Shown piece by piece: positions 8,337 to 18,471 of a DNA stretch of 64,000 bases. The notes under the pieces are model-generated. The model did not search any database. It was given only the letters and a program-made list of their open reading frames with translations, and was not told the DNA's origin. The position numbers and the translations under genes were made by a program. The DNA is from Eubacteriales bacterium (GTDB taxonomy: Bacteria > Bacillota > Clostridia > Oscillospirales > CAG-272), in NCBI GenBank assembly GCA_045577175.1, contig JAZNHT010000037.1:19328-83327 (forward strand), in the 5' to 3' direction. Position 1 is the first letter of the stretch. Each line of letters begins with the position of its first letter.

Positions 8337-9128
8337 TTAAGCGGTCAGCTCGTCAAGTGTGCCGAAACGGAATCCGCGCGCTCGTAGCTCCTTAATCAGC
8401 AGAGGCAGAATCTCCGCATTTGTGGCGGATGTCGGGTGCAGAAGCAACACCTCACCGTTGTGCAGACCGTCGAGAATTTTTGTGAGTGCCTCATCGGGTG
8501 CAGGCTGCTTGTCGTTGTCCCAATCGACGTATCCGAAGCTCCAAAACACCGTTTTATACCCGGCATCGGATGCAAATTTCAGATTTTCCTCGGAGAACCT
8601 TCCCTCCGGCGGTCGGTAGTATTTCGAAACGCTTACCCCTATCTCCGCGCACGCCGTTTCAAGTTTTTCAAGCTCGGCAACAAAGCCCTCTGCGGTGTGC
8701 GTTTTCGTCATATCTCTGTGCGATGCCGTGTGATTGCACACAAGATGTCCCTCTGCTTCCATCCGTCGTGTCAGATCCGCTTCGCGCTTTACAAAATTTT
8801 CGAGAACGAAGAACGCCCCGGGTACCTCTTCCTCTTTCAGTGTGTCCAAAATTTTTGCCACGTTGCCGTTTTCGTATCCGACATCAAATGTCAGGTAAAT
8901 GACTTTCTCAGCGGCGTTCGGATCACAGTTTTCAGCATCAATATAATACCCGTTGTATTTTTCAATAAAACGCATATTGGAGTCGCACACCGGCTGTTTT
9001 CCGTCTTTCTCGTGCTTGCAGTACCAATTCAGCGGCTTTGCGGAGATCTCCGATGCGGAAACGGTCAGCACGTTGGTGGTAAGCAGTACGACTGCAAAAA
9101 TGGCGATCAAACGAAATTTTCTGTTCAT
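8337..9128 (-). CDS. pdaA: delta-lactam-biosynthetic de-N-acetylase (sporulation polysaccharide deacetylase PdaA-like)
   Basis: YLTFDVGYENGN, GHLVCNHTASH, YYRPPEGRFSE and TVFWSFGYVDW closely parallel Bacillus PdaA as I recall it. A signal peptide is present. Confidence 0.8.
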   Translation of the reverse strand: MNRKFRLIAIFAVVLLTTNVLTVSASEISAKPLNWYCKHEKDGKQPVCDSNMRFIEKYNGYYIDAENCDPNAAEKVIYLTFDVGYENGNVAKILDTLKEEEVPGAFFVLENFVKREADLTRRMEAEGHLVCNHTASHRDMTKTHTAEGFVAELEKLETACAEIGVSVSKYYRPPEGRFSEENLKFASDAGYKTVFWSFGYVDWDNDKQPAPDEALTKILDGLHNGEVLLLHPTSATNAEILPLLIKELRARGFRFGTLDELTA

Positions 9129-9283
9129 TTTCGGCTCCTTTCATGAGTTCGGTGTTAGTGTTTCATCACGAATAAAAAATACTCACTGAAAAATTCGCCG
9201 AAAAAACAGATTTGTTACAAAATTGTCTTGTTATTTCGTTTCGTTTGTAGTATAATGGTTGTACTGTGCCTCAAATGCATAAT

Positions 9284-9333
9284 TGTGAATAATATTTCAT
9301 AATTTTGCGTATACAGCGGAATATTTATACACT
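9284..9333. promoter_or_regulatory. two ARG-box-like operators (ArgR/AhrC type) upstream of argG
   Basis: TGTGAATAATATTTCATA (9284-9301) matches TNTGAATWWWWATTCANW at 15/16 defined positions. GCGGAATATTTATACACT (9316-9333) matches at 13/16. Confidence 0.55.
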
Positions 9334-9340
9334 ATAGCTA

Positions 9341-9369
9341 TTGACTTTTTTGACAACATGGTGTATAAT
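9341..9369 (+). promoter_or_regulatory. sigma-A promoter of argG
   Basis: -35 TTGACT (9341-9346), 17-nt spacer, -10 TATAAT (9364-9369). A second candidate lies upstream (TTGTTA 9228-9233 / TATAAT 9251-9256). Confidence 0.6.
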
Positions 9370-9419
9370 TAGGTTTATCAAGCGAAAACAAATTATAAAT
9401 ATTCATAGAGGGTGTCAAA

Positions 9420-10643
9420 ATGAAAAAAGAAATCAAAAAAATCGTCCTTGCTTACTCCGGCGGTCTGGATACGTCCATCATCATTCCGTGGCTGAAGGAG
9501 AACTATCCCGGATGTGAGGTTGTTGCCGTTTCCGGCGATGTCGGTCAGGGTACGGAGCTTGACGGACTTGAGGAAAAGGCAATCAAGACCGGTGCTTCCA
9601 AGCTGTACATCGAGGATCTCCGCAAGGAATATGTTGAAGAATACATCTGGCCGTGCCTGAAGGCCGGCGCAAAGTATGAGTCTTACCTGCTCGGCACGTC
9701 TCATGCGCGTCCCTGCATCGCTAAGCGTCTCGTTGAGATCGCCAAGGCTGAGGGCGCTGACGCTATCTGCCACGGCTGCACCGGTAAGGGTAACGACCAG
9801 GTTCGTTTCGAGCTGACAATCAAGGCATTCGCTCCCGAAATGGAAATCATCGCTCCGTGGAGAGTATGGGATATTAAGTCCCGTGAGGAGGAGATCGACT
9901 ATGCGGAGGCACACAACATTCCGCTGAAGATCAACCGCGAGACGAACTACTCCAAGGATAAGAACCTCTGGCACCTCAGCCATGAGGGACTCGATCTTGA
10001 GAGCCCTGCAAACGAGCCCGATTATCAGAAGGATGGCTTCCTTGAGCTCGGCGTTTCTCCCGAGCAGGCACCCGACACGCCTACATACGTAACGATCCAT
10101 TTTGAAAAGGGTGTTCCGACCGCGCTTGACGGCGTGGAAATGGACGGCGTGGCTCTCATTGAGAAGCTCAACGCAATCGGTGGTGCAAACGGTATCGGGA
10201 TTCTTGACATCGTCGAGAACCGTCTCGTCGGTATGAAGAGCCGCGGTGTTTACGAGACCCCCGGCGGATCGATCCTGTATGCCGCACACGCTGTTCTTGA
10301 GACGATCACGCTTGACAAGGATACCTCCCACTTCAAGGAGATCGTTGCACAGAGACTCGCTGATCTTGTTTACAACGGTCAGTGGTTCACGCCTCTGAAG
10401 GACGCTATCTGCGCATTTGTTGACGATACGCAGAAGACGGTTACCGGTGATGTTAAGCTGAAGCTCTACAAGGGCAACATCATCAATGCAGGCGTTACCT
10501 CTCCCTACTCTCTCTACGACGAGCAGACCGCTTCGTTCGGTGAGGATGAGGATTACAACCAGGCAGATGCAGGCGGATTCATCAACCTGTTCGGTCTGTC
10601 CATCAAGGAGCGCGCAAAGCTCCTCGGCGCACGTGAGTTCTGA
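9420..10643 (+). CDS. argG: argininosuccinate synthase
   Basis: N-terminal ATP-binding AYSGGLDTS. 407 aa with family-typical sequence throughout. Confidence 0.95.
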   Translation: MKKEIKKIVLAYSGGLDTSIIIPWLKENYPGCEVVAVSGDVGQGTELDGLEEKAIKTGASKLYIEDLRKEYVEEYIWPCLKAGAKYESYLLGTSHARPCIAKRLVEIAKAEGADAICHGCTGKGNDQVRFELTIKAFAPEMEIIAPWRVWDIKSREEEIDYAEAHNIPLKINRETNYSKDKNLWHLSHEGLDLESPANEPDYQKDGFLELGVSPEQAPDTPTYVTIHFEKGVPTALDGVEMDGVALIEKLNAIGGANGIGILDIVENRLVGMKSRGVYETPGGSILYAAHAVLETITLDKDTSHFKEIVAQRLADLVYNGQWFTPLKDAICAFVDDTQKTVTGDVKLKLYKGNIINAGVTSPYSLYDEQTASFGEDEDYNQADAGGFINLFGLSIKERAKLLGAREF

Positions 10644-10716
10644 TTTTCGAAAATTTCACAAAGTGACTTGGCGGCATATGCAGTCAAGTCATTTTGTACT
10701 GTAATGTGGGGTAATT

Positions 10717-12102
10717 ATGAAAGGTAAAATGTGGGATGCTCGCTTCTCCAAAGCGGTCGATTCGCGCGTAAATGACTTCAATTCATCCATTTCTTTTGAC
10801 TGGCGGATGTACAAATCCGACATCACCGGCTCAATTGCACATGCTACGATGCTTGGTGAATGCGGCATCATCGCCAAGGAAGAATCCGCAAAAATCATCG
10901 CGGCACTCAAGCAGATTCTCGCTGATATTGACAGCGGCACTCTGCCGATTGATCCGGAGGCGGAGGACATTCATATGTTCATCGAGGCTGTGCTGACGGA
11001 GCGCATCGGTGAGACGGGCAAACGCCTGCACACGGCTCGCAGCCGAAACGATCAGGTCGCGCTGGATATTCGTATGCATCTCAAAGAGGAGATCGAGGCG
11101 GTGAAGGCACTGCTCACTTCCCTGCTTGATGCAATCTGTGTCAAAGCGGAGGAAAACATCGATACCGTTATGCCCGGGTATACGCATCTACAGCGGGCTC
11201 AGCCTGTGACGTTCGCGCACTATATCCTTGCCTATGCACAGATGTTTGTGCGCGACTATGAGCGTCTCTGTGACGTATATAAGCGCACGAACGTCATGCC
11301 CCTCGGCTCGGGTGCACTGGCTTCCACGACGTATCCGATTGACCGCCATATGGTTGCCGATCTGCTCGGCTTTGCTTCCGTCACGGAAAACAGCATGGAC
11401 GGCGTATCCGACCGTGATTTTGTGATCGAGCTCAGCGGTGCGCTCTCGATTTTGATGATGCACATGAGCCGTTTCTCCGAGGAGATCATTCTGTGGTGCT
11501 CGTCCGAGTTCAAGTTCATCGAATTGGATGACGCATATTCCACAGGCTCGTCGATCATGCCGCAGAAGAAAAATCCCGACGTGGCAGAGCTTGTCCGCGG
11601 CAAAACGGGGCGCGTATACGGCGATCTGACCACGTTGCTCACGATGATGAAGGGGATCCCGCTTGCGTATAACAAGGATATGCAGGAGGATAAAGAGGCG
11701 ATCTTTGATGCGCTGGACAACGTGAAAATTGCCGTTGAGGTCTTTACAGCCATGTTTGCTACGATGACTGTCCGCAAAGACAACATGCGTGCGGCGGCCT
11801 CCCGCGGATTCATCAACGCGACCGACTGTGCTGACTATCTTGTAAAAAAAGGCATGGCTTTCCGCGACGCGTACAAGATCAGCGGTCGCCTTGTTGCACA
11901 CTGTATTGCGGAGAATACAACGCTCGAGGAGCTGTCTCTCGACACCTACAAGACGTATTCCGATCTGTTCGGTGCGGATGTATACGAGGCGATCAGTCTC
12001 GAAACGTGTGTAGCCGAGCGCGGCGCATACGGCGGTCCTGCACCTGCGTCCGTGCGGCATCAGATTGAGCTGCTTCGGAGCTTTTTGAGACAGGCAGTCT
12101 GA
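10717..12102 (+). CDS. argH: argininosuccinate lyase
   Basis: Fumarate-lyase signature [12 protein letters not shown] and an N-terminal WDARF motif. Confidence 0.95.
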   Translation: MKGKMWDARFSKAVDSRVNDFNSSISFDWRMYKSDITGSIAHATMLGECGIIAKEESAKIIAALKQILADIDSGTLPIDPEAEDIHMFIEAVLTERIGETGKRLHTARSRNDQVALDIRMHLKEEIEAVKALLTSLLDAICVKAEENIDTVMPGYTHLQRAQPVTFAHYILAYAQMFVRDYERLCDVYKRTNVMPLGSGALASTTYPIDRHMVADLLGFASVTENSMDGVSDRDFVIELSGALSILMMHMSRFSEEIILWCSSEFKFIELDDAYSTGSSIMPQKKNPDVAELVRGKTGRVYGDLTTLLTMMKGIPLAYNKDMQEDKEAIFDALDNVKIAVEVFTAMFATMTVRKDNMRAAASRGFINATDCADYLVKKGMAFRDAYKISGRLVAHCIAENTTLEELSLDTYKTYSDLFGADVYEAISLETCVAERGAYGGPAPASVRHQIELLRSFLRQAV

Positions 12103-12103
12103 T

Positions 12104-13159
12104 ATGATAGAGAAAAAGTATTTTGGAAAATCGCCTTCGGGTGCAGATGTATATGCGTACACCCTTTCAAACGGATCGGGTACGAGTGCGCGGATTCTGA
12201 ATCTTGGCGGCATTATCCAGAGTCTGTGGGTGAAGGATGCGAACGGCGTTTCTGCCGACGTTGTTTGCGGATATGACCGTGTTGAAGAGTATTTCGAAGC
12301 GAACGATTATCAAGGGGCTCTGATCGGGCGATACAGCAACCGCATCGCCGGCGGAAAATTTACGCTTGACGGTAAGACGTACACGCTCGCCAAAAATGAC
12401 GGCAACAACCACCTTCACGGTGGACTGAACGGATTTGACAAACGGATTTGGGATGTTGCAGAAACGGGAACGGATAATCAGCCGTCACTCATCCTCACGC
12501 TTGTATCCCCTGACGGTGATGAGGGGTATCCCGGAACGCTTTCCGTTACCGTAACGTACACGCTGACGCTTGAGGGGTTTCTGTCTATCTCTTATGAAGC
12601 GACCACCGACAAAACCACGATTCTCAACATGACGAATCATTCCTATTTCAATTTGCACGGATATGACAGCGGCGACTGCTCAAGGCACACGCTTTGCGTC
12701 CGCGCGGAAAGCATCAACAGTGTGGATAGTGAGCTGATTCCGGACGGAATGCTTCTGCCCGTAACGGGTACGCCATTTGATTTGTCCTCCCCCTGCCCTG
12801 TCAGCGAAATCTTTTCTTCCGATCATCCGTTGATAGCGGCATGCGACGGTCTGGATCACAACTTTATTTTTCCGGCATCCGACGGTATCGCCCTGCGCGC
12901 TACGCTGCATGATCCCGAATCCGGGCGTACAGTGGACGTATACACGGATCAGCTGTGTATGCAGGTCTATACCGGCAACATGATCGACGAATGTGATCCG
13001 CCGTTCAAGGGCGGTGTTGCGCGCAAAAAACACTGCGCCGTTTGTCTTGAAACACAGGCAATGCCCGACAGCATCAACCATGACGGGTTCACAAATGTCA
13101 TTCTCAGACCGAATGAGAAATTCGAACGCACTACCGTGTACGCATTCCGCAACATATAA
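12104..13159 (+). CDS. galM: aldose 1-epimerase (galactose mutarotase)
   Basis: NNHLHGG...FDKRIW, GYPG and HSYFNL motifs. It starts 1 nt after the argH stop. Confidence 0.85.
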   Translation: MIEKKYFGKSPSGADVYAYTLSNGSGTSARILNLGGIIQSLWVKDANGVSADVVCGYDRVEEYFEANDYQGALIGRYSNRIAGGKFTLDGKTYTLAKNDGNNHLHGGLNGFDKRIWDVAETGTDNQPSLILTLVSPDGDEGYPGTLSVTVTYTLTLEGFLSISYEATTDKTTILNMTNHSYFNLHGYDSGDCSRHTLCVRAESINSVDSELIPDGMLLPVTGTPFDLSSPCPVSEIFSSDHPLIAACDGLDHNFIFPASDGIALRATLHDPESGRTVDVYTDQLCMQVYTGNMIDECDPPFKGGVARKKHCAVCLETQAMPDSINHDGFTNVILRPNEKFERTTVYAFRNI

Positions 13160-13161
13160 GA

Positions 13162-13201
13162 AAAATCACTATGGAGCAACATCCATAGTGATTTCTTTTT
13201 T
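13162..13201. terminator. bidirectional intrinsic terminator between galM and galE
   Basis: aaaAATCACTATGGagcaacatCCATAGTGATTtcttttttt. Confidence 0.8.
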
Positions 13202-14217
13202 TAATCGTCGTAACCGTTCGGATTGTTCTTCTGCCATCTCCATGCGTCCTCGCACATCTCGAGGATGCCGTTCTGCGCCTTCCAGCCAAGTTCTTTCTCG
13301 GCGAGGTCGGCATTGGCATAGCACGTTGCGATGTCACCGGGGCGGCGCGGTTTAATGGAGTACGGGATTTTTACGCCGGTAGCGGCTTCGAAGTTCTTGA
13401 CAATATCCAGAACACTGTAGCCGTTGCCCGTACCGAGGTTGTAGATCTTCAAACCTGCCTTCTCCTCGATCTTCTTGAGCGCCTTGACGTGTCCCTGTGC
13501 AAGATCGACCACGTGGATGTAGTCGCGCACGCCGGTTCCGTCGGGCGTGTCATAATCATCACCGAATACGCCAAGCTCGGGACGCTTGCCGATTGCCACC
13601 TGTGTCACATACGGCATGAGATTGTTCGGGATTCCGTTCGGATTCTCGCCGATGAGACCGCTCTTGTGTGCACCGATCGGGTTGAAATAACGGAGCAGAA
13701 TGACGTTCCACTCCTTATCCGCAAACTGGATGTCGGAAAGTATCTGCTCAAGCATAGACTTCGTCCAGCCGTAGGGGTTCGTGCACTGCCCCTTCGGACA
13801 TTCCTCGGTGATCGGAATAAAGGCGGGGCTGCCGTACACGGTCGCGGAGGAGGAGAAAATGAGATTCTTCACACCGTGCTTCGCCATCACGTCAACGAGA
13901 ACAAGCGTGCCGTTAATGTTGTTGTCGTAATACTCCATCGGCTTGGAGACGGACTCGCCGACTGCCTTCAGACCGGCAAAATGAATGACTGCGGAGATGT
14001 CTTCTTTATCGAAGATTGCGTTCATTGCATCACGGTCGCGGATATCCGCTTTGTAAAACGGAACCTTTTTGCCCGTGATCTGTGCGACGCGCTCAAGCGA
14101 TTTTTCGGAGGAATTGGAGAGGTTATCACAGACGACGACCTCGTATCCTGCATTTGTAAGCTCAACGACGGTATGCGAGCCGATATAGCCGCTGCCGCCC
14201 GTAACAAGAATAGCCAT
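13201..14217 (-). CDS. galE: UDP-glucose 4-epimerase
   Basis: GGSGYIGSH Rossmann motif and the catalytic YGWTK (YxxxK). 338 aa. Confidence 0.95.
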   Translation of the reverse strand: MAILVTGGSGYIGSHTVVELTNAGYEVVVCDNLSNSSEKSLERVAQITGKKVPFYKADIRDRDAMNAIFDKEDISAVIHFAGLKAVGESVSKPMEYYDNNINGTLVLVDVMAKHGVKNLIFSSSATVYGSPAFIPITEECPKGQCTNPYGWTKSMLEQILSDIQFADKEWNVILLRYFNPIGAHKSGLIGENPNGIPNNLMPYVTQVAIGKRPELGVFGDDYDTPDGTGVRDYIHVVDLAQGHVKALKKIEEKAGLKIYNLGTGNGYSVLDIVKNFEAATGVKIPYSIKPRRPGDIATCYANADLAEKELGWKAQNGILEMCEDAWRWQKNNPNGYDD

Positions 14218-14243
14218 AATCGTTTCCTTTCAACCGCTTCGGA

Positions 14244-15152
14244 TTATTTCCAGAGACCGTCCGGATACTCGCCGCTTTCGACGAGCTTCTTGATCTCCGC
14301 GACAACGCCGGGTTTGTCCTCGCTGTATGTAACGCCGTGCCACTTCGCAGTTGTTTCCAGAACAGTAACCTCGCAGGCACCGTTGTTAATCATCTCACCG
14401 ACAACACCGGGGAGGTAGCACTCCGATTTCAGAGGATCCTTGTGATCTGCGTGCAGGAATGCGTCAAAATACTTCGCAGAGCCGCTGAAAATCTCGGGCG
14501 TGAATCCCCAGAAGTTCATGGAGACGAGCGTGTTGTTGTCAAGATGTACGGATACACCGTTCTCATCTTCAAAGTGTGCACCGTCGGGATCCTTGAAAAT
14601 CTTCGTGCGCTCGTTGATTACCTGGAGGATGCCGTTTTCGTCGGTCTCGCATACACCGCGTGCAACACTTCCGGCGTCCGTCAGCGTATTGCCGAGACGG
14701 TAGCCGACCATGGCAAAGGAACGGTTGTCCTTCTTATCTGCAACACCTCTGAGGAACTCAGCAACCTTGCGGTACGCATCCGCGCCGTAGAAGTCATCGG
14801 CATTGATAACGGCAAAGGGATCGTTCAGATACTCTTTCGCACAGAGGAGTGCGTGGAACGTGCCCCACGGCTTCGTGCGTCCCTCGGGGATGCAATCGGC
14901 AGGAACGAGCTTGTCGATTGCCTGGAAAGCGTAGTCAACCTTAACCTTGCTCTCGATGCGTGCACCGATCGTCTCGCGGAAAATGTCGTAGTTCTCCTCT
15001 TTGATGATAAAGACTACATGATCGAATCCGGCACGCAGTGCGTCGAAAATCGAAAAGTCAATGATAAATTCTCCGTGGGGAGTCATAGGGTCAAGCTGCT
15101 TGAGACCACCGTAACGGGAGCCGAGGCCTGCGGCCAAAACAAATAAAGTCAT
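14244..15152 (-). CDS. sugar-phosphate nucleotidyltransferase (UDP-sugar pyrophosphorylase-like)
   Basis: N-terminal LAAGLGSRYGGLKQL nucleotide-binding loop. The start is set at the internal ATG (MTLFVLAAG). It is adjacent to galE. Confidence 0.7.
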   Translation of the reverse strand: MTLFVLAAGLGSRYGGLKQLDPMTPHGEFIIDFSIFDALRAGFDHVVFIIKEENYDIFRETIGARIESKVKVDYAFQAIDKLVPADCIPEGRTKPWGTFHALLCAKEYLNDPFAVINADDFYGADAYRKVAEFLRGVADKKDNRSFAMVGYRLGNTLTDAGSVARGVCETDENGILQVINERTKIFKDPDGAHFEDENGVSVHLDNNTLVSMNFWGFTPEIFSGSAKYFDAFLHADHKDPLKSECYLPGVVGEMINNGACEVTVLETTAKWHGVTYSEDKPGVVAEIKKLVESGEYPDGLWK

Positions 15153-15311
15153 AGTCGTGGTATATTCCGCTGTGCGCGGACGTCCTTTCCTGAAAATTGA
15201 TTTTTGTGAATCACACAATAGTATTGTATAATATTTTTCCTGTAATTTCAAATGTTTTCGCGTTCTTTTACAATTCGTTCACAATTAAATTTGTTGGATT
15301 TGAAATATCTA

Positions 15312-15340
15312 TTGACAAACGGTGTGATTTCGTATATAAT
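15312..15340 (+). promoter_or_regulatory. consensus sigma-A promoter of the Crp/Fnr-ABC operon
   Basis: -35 TTGACA (15312-15317), 17-nt spacer, -10 TATAAT (15335-15340). Confidence 0.7.
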
Positions 15341-15383
15341 GTAAATGTCCCAAATGAGACAACTTTGTAAGGGAGGGATATTT

Positions 15384-16082
15384 GTGCCAAAAATGGAGAA
15401 AAAATTGCTCTTGCAATCGCTCTCGCATATTTTTTTGTTTGAAAACGCTTCCGCCGAGCAAATTGATGCAGTAACGCCGTTTTTGGACTGCTGCTCCTTG
15501 CTCGAATATTCCGCCGGAGAGCTCATTCAAAACGCACGCGAACCGATCGATGGGTTGGCAATCCTTTGTGAGGGCGAAGCGTGTGTGCTTTCCGACTCCT
15601 CGGAAAAAGCAGTTCCTCTACGCACGATTTCTGTAGGCGGCGTCTTCGGAGCGGCATCGCTGTATTCCAAAGAATCCCGCTATGAAACGGTCGTGCGCAC
15701 ACTGAGCGACTGTACGCTTCTGCTCATTCCGGGTGATACGGTAAAACGTTTGATTGCCAACCATTCACAGCTTGCGGAGAATTACATTCGCTTTCTTTCG
15801 GATCGTATCTGTTTTCTGAATCGCAAAATTACCGCGTTCACTGTCGATTCCGCCGAAGCAAAACTTGCCGTTTATCTCTCCGAGCTCCCGGTGGATGCAC
15901 GCAGTGAGGTGACACTGCCGATCAGCTTCTCCGAGCTTGCGGATTCTCTCGGCATGGGACGCGCTTCCCTTTACCGAGCCCTTGCAAAATTTGAAGAATC
16001 CGACATCCTTGTCCGCAAAGGAAAAAAACTGCGGATTCTTAATTTCTCCGCGCTCCTCTCCGTCTTTCGCAAAACGGAATAA
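15384..16082 (+). CDS. Crp/Fnr family transcriptional regulator
   Basis: A cNMP-binding-like N-domain and a C-terminal HTH (SFSELADSLGMGRASLYRALAKF). The GTG at 15384 lies 6 nt after GGGAGGG; the ATG at 15393 is the alternative start. Confidence 0.8.
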   Translation: MPKMEKKLLLQSLSHIFLFENASAEQIDAVTPFLDCCSLLEYSAGELIQNAREPIDGLAILCEGEACVLSDSSEKAVPLRTISVGGVFGAASLYSKESRYETVVRTLSDCTLLLIPGDTVKRLIANHSQLAENYIRFLSDRICFLNRKITAFTVDSAEAKLAVYLSELPVDARSEVTLPISFSELADSLGMGRASLYRALAKFEESDILVRKGKKLRILNFSALLSVFRKTE

Positions 16083-16118
16083 CAAAGTCAAAATTTCTTA
16101 TAATGAAAGGATTTTATC

Positions 16119-17087
16119 ATGAAAAAACTTCTCTCCATTCTTTTTGCAGCTGTATTGGCTCTTGGCGTTCTTGCCGGATGCGCAAAGGTAGAAACGCCGG
16201 ATGCGATTCGCGTGTTCGCACTCAAGGGTCCGACCGGCATGGGTATGTCCAAGCTGATGACCGATGAGCAGGCTAAAGAGTCGTCTCTTTACAGCTTCAC
16301 AATCGCCGCCTCCCCTGAAGAAGTATCTGCCGAGATTATTAAGGGAAACTACGATATTGCGGCTGTTCCGACGAATCTGGCATCCGTTCTGTACAACAAG
16401 ACGGAGGGCGAGCTGATGGTCGCGGCTGTCAACACGCTCGGCGTTCTTTACATTCTTGAAAACGGCGATTCTATTCAGTCGATTGAGGATCTGAACGGTA
16501 AAACAATCTACGCAACCGGTCAGGCATCCACACCCGAGTATGTTCTGAACTACATTCTTGACGCAAACGGTATCGACTGTGAGGTCATTTACCTTACGGA
16601 GCACGCCGAGCTTGCCACGCAGATGACGGCAGGCACCGTCTCCGTCGGTATGCTTCCCGTACCGAATGCCACCACTGTTCTTGCAGGTAACACCGACGTG
16701 CGCGTTGCGCTTGATCTGACCGCGGAGTGGGAAAAAGCTGCTGCCCTCAAGGGGGATGACGGTGCGCTCTATCAGGGATGTATCGTAATTCGCCGCGATT
16801 TTGCAGAGCAGTACCCCAAGGCGGTCGAAGAGTTCCTTGCAAGTTACAAAGCGTCCGTTGAGTTTGTGAACGACAATCCCGCAGAAGCCGCTTTGCTGAT
16901 TGAGCAGGTCGGCATCATTCCGAAGGCCGCTGTGGCACAGAAAGCAATTCCGAATGCGAATATCGTGTGTATCACAGGCGAGGAGATGCAGACCGGTCTT
17001 GCCGGCTTCTTCAAAGTTCTCTACGACTTCAATTCTGCCTCTGTAGGCGGCAAACTGCCCGATGACGGTATCTGGTACAAACAGTAA
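16119..17087 (+). CDS. ABC transporter substrate-binding lipoprotein (NMT1/THI5-, SsuA-like)
   Basis: Lipobox LAGC after the signal peptide. It is followed by an SsuC-type permease and an ATPase. Confidence 0.75.
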   Translation: MKKLLSILFAAVLALGVLAGCAKVETPDAIRVFALKGPTGMGMSKLMTDEQAKESSLYSFTIAASPEEVSAEIIKGNYDIAAVPTNLASVLYNKTEGELMVAAVNTLGVLYILENGDSIQSIEDLNGKTIYATGQASTPEYVLNYILDANGIDCEVIYLTEHAELATQMTAGTVSVGMLPVPNATTVLAGNTDVRVALDLTAEWEKAAALKGDDGALYQGCIVIRRDFAEQYPKAVEEFLASYKASVEFVNDNPAEAALLIEQVGIIPKAAVAQKAIPNANIVCITGEEMQTGLAGFFKVLYDFNSASVGGKLPDDGIWYKQ

Positions 17088-17859
17088 TCATCCGCGCCTG
17101 CGGCGGATACTTATGACCGTATGTGCCCTCCTTTTCTGGATTGCTCTATGGGCTATCCTCGCCGCATGGGTGGACAAAGAGGTTTTGCTTCCCTCTCCGA
17201 TTTCGGTTGCACGGGTGCTTCTCGGTCTGTTGATTTTGCCCTCGTACTGGGTCTCGATCGGTGCGTCAATTCTCCGCATCCTTATCGGATTTATCATCGG
17301 CTGTACGCTCGGCGTAATTCTCGCCGTGCTCTGTCACCGTTTCTCGGTCGCGGATGCGCTGATTTCACCGGCTTTGGCGGTTGTACGCGCCGTGCCCGTT
17401 GCTTCCTTCATTATCCTCGCGCTCGTTATGATCGGTACGGACAAAGTTCCGTCATTCACTGCGTTTCTGATGGTTTTGCCGATCGTTGCGGCGAACACAA
17501 AAGCAGGCATAGCCTCTGCGGATAAAGATTTGCTTGAGGTATGCCGCCTGTACCGCTTCCGTTTTCTGAAAACGGTGAAGCTCCTCTATATTCCCTCCGT
17601 TCGTCCGTATTTTCTTGCTGCCGCGCGCACCTCGCTCGGTCTCGCATGGAAGGCAGGCATCGCGGCGGAAGTCCTTTGTTCTACGCTGACGCACTCCATC
17701 GGCGGCGAGATTTATGATGCAAAGGTTTATCTCGAAATGCCGGCATTGTTTGCGTGGACAATCACCGTGATTATAATCAGTATGATTATTGAAGCCCTTG
17801 TGTTCAAGCTCCCTGCTTTCAAGGGCGCGCCTCTTACCGCAAAGGAGGGCGATGTATGA
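17062..17859 (+). CDS. ABC transporter permease (SsuC/TauC-like)
   Basis: Six TM segments and the conserved loop AARTSLGLAWKAGIAAEVL. The start is ambiguous: 17062 overlaps the SBP gene by 26 nt, and 17113 is the alternative. Confidence 0.8.
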   Translation: MTVSGTNSNHPRLRRILMTVCALLFWIALWAILAAWVDKEVLLPSPISVARVLLGLLILPSYWVSIGASILRILIGFIIGCTLGVILAVLCHRFSVADALISPALAVVRAVPVASFIILALVMIGTDKVPSFTAFLMVLPIVAANTKAGIASADKDLLEVCRLYRFRFLKTVKLLYIPSVRPYFLAAARTSLGLAWKAGIAAEVLCSTLTHSIGGEIYDAKVYLEMPALFAWTITVIIISMIIEALVFKLPAFKGAPLTAKEGDV

Positions 17860-18440
17860 GCATCCGATTTGATAACGTGATTAAATCTTTCGGCGAAAAC
17901 ACGGTACTCAGCGGTGTGTCTCTCGCCTTTGAGGAAAACACGCTCTATCTGCTGACCGGACCGTCCGGCTCTGGGAAAACGACACTGCTTCGGGCGCTTT
18001 CGGGGCTTGCATCGCCGGACAGCGGAACAATTACGCACGACGGTGTATCTGTTTCGTACGCATTTCAGGAAACAAGACTGTTCCCCGAGCTGAACGTTCG
18101 TGAAAATGTTCTCGTATGCAATCCGCGCGTTTCGTGTGATGAAATTCTTCACGCACTGGATCTGCATGATGCCGCAGAAAAACACCCCCATGAGCTGTCG
18201 GGCGGAATGCGCAAGCGCGCAGAGCTCGCCCGTGCACTTGCCGCTTCGGCATCTGTGTATTTGTTGGATGAGCCGACCGCAGGACAGGATCCCGAGCGCG
18301 CGCACATGATTGCCGAGGCGATCCGCAAATACACCCAAGGTGCGACCGTTGTCATCTCAACACACGATGCAGAGCTGATCGCCAGTCTGAATGGACGCAT
18401 CCTTTGCTTGGAGAGTGGAAAACTTGTATCCGTAAATTAA
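17856..18440 (+). CDS. ABC transporter ATP-binding protein (short, 194 aa)
   Basis: Walker A GPSGSGKTT, signature LSGGMRKR, Walker B VYLLDEPT, H-loop ISTHD. ATGA overlap with the permease gene. Confidence 0.9.
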   Translation: MSIRFDNVIKSFGENTVLSGVSLAFEENTLYLLTGPSGSGKTTLLRALSGLASPDSGTITHDGVSVSYAFQETRLFPELNVRENVLVCNPRVSCDEILHALDLHDAAEKHPHELSGGMRKRAELARALAASASVYLLDEPTAGQDPERAHMIAEAIRKYTQGATVVISTHDAELIASLNGRILCLESGKLVSVN

Positions 18441-18442
18441 GA

Positions 18443-18469
18443 AAAGCCGTGCAAATGCACGGCTTTTTG
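18443..18469. terminator. bidirectional intrinsic terminator
   Basis: aaAGCCGTGCAaaTGCACGGCTtttt between convergent genes. Confidence 0.8.
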
Positions 18470-18471
18470 CG

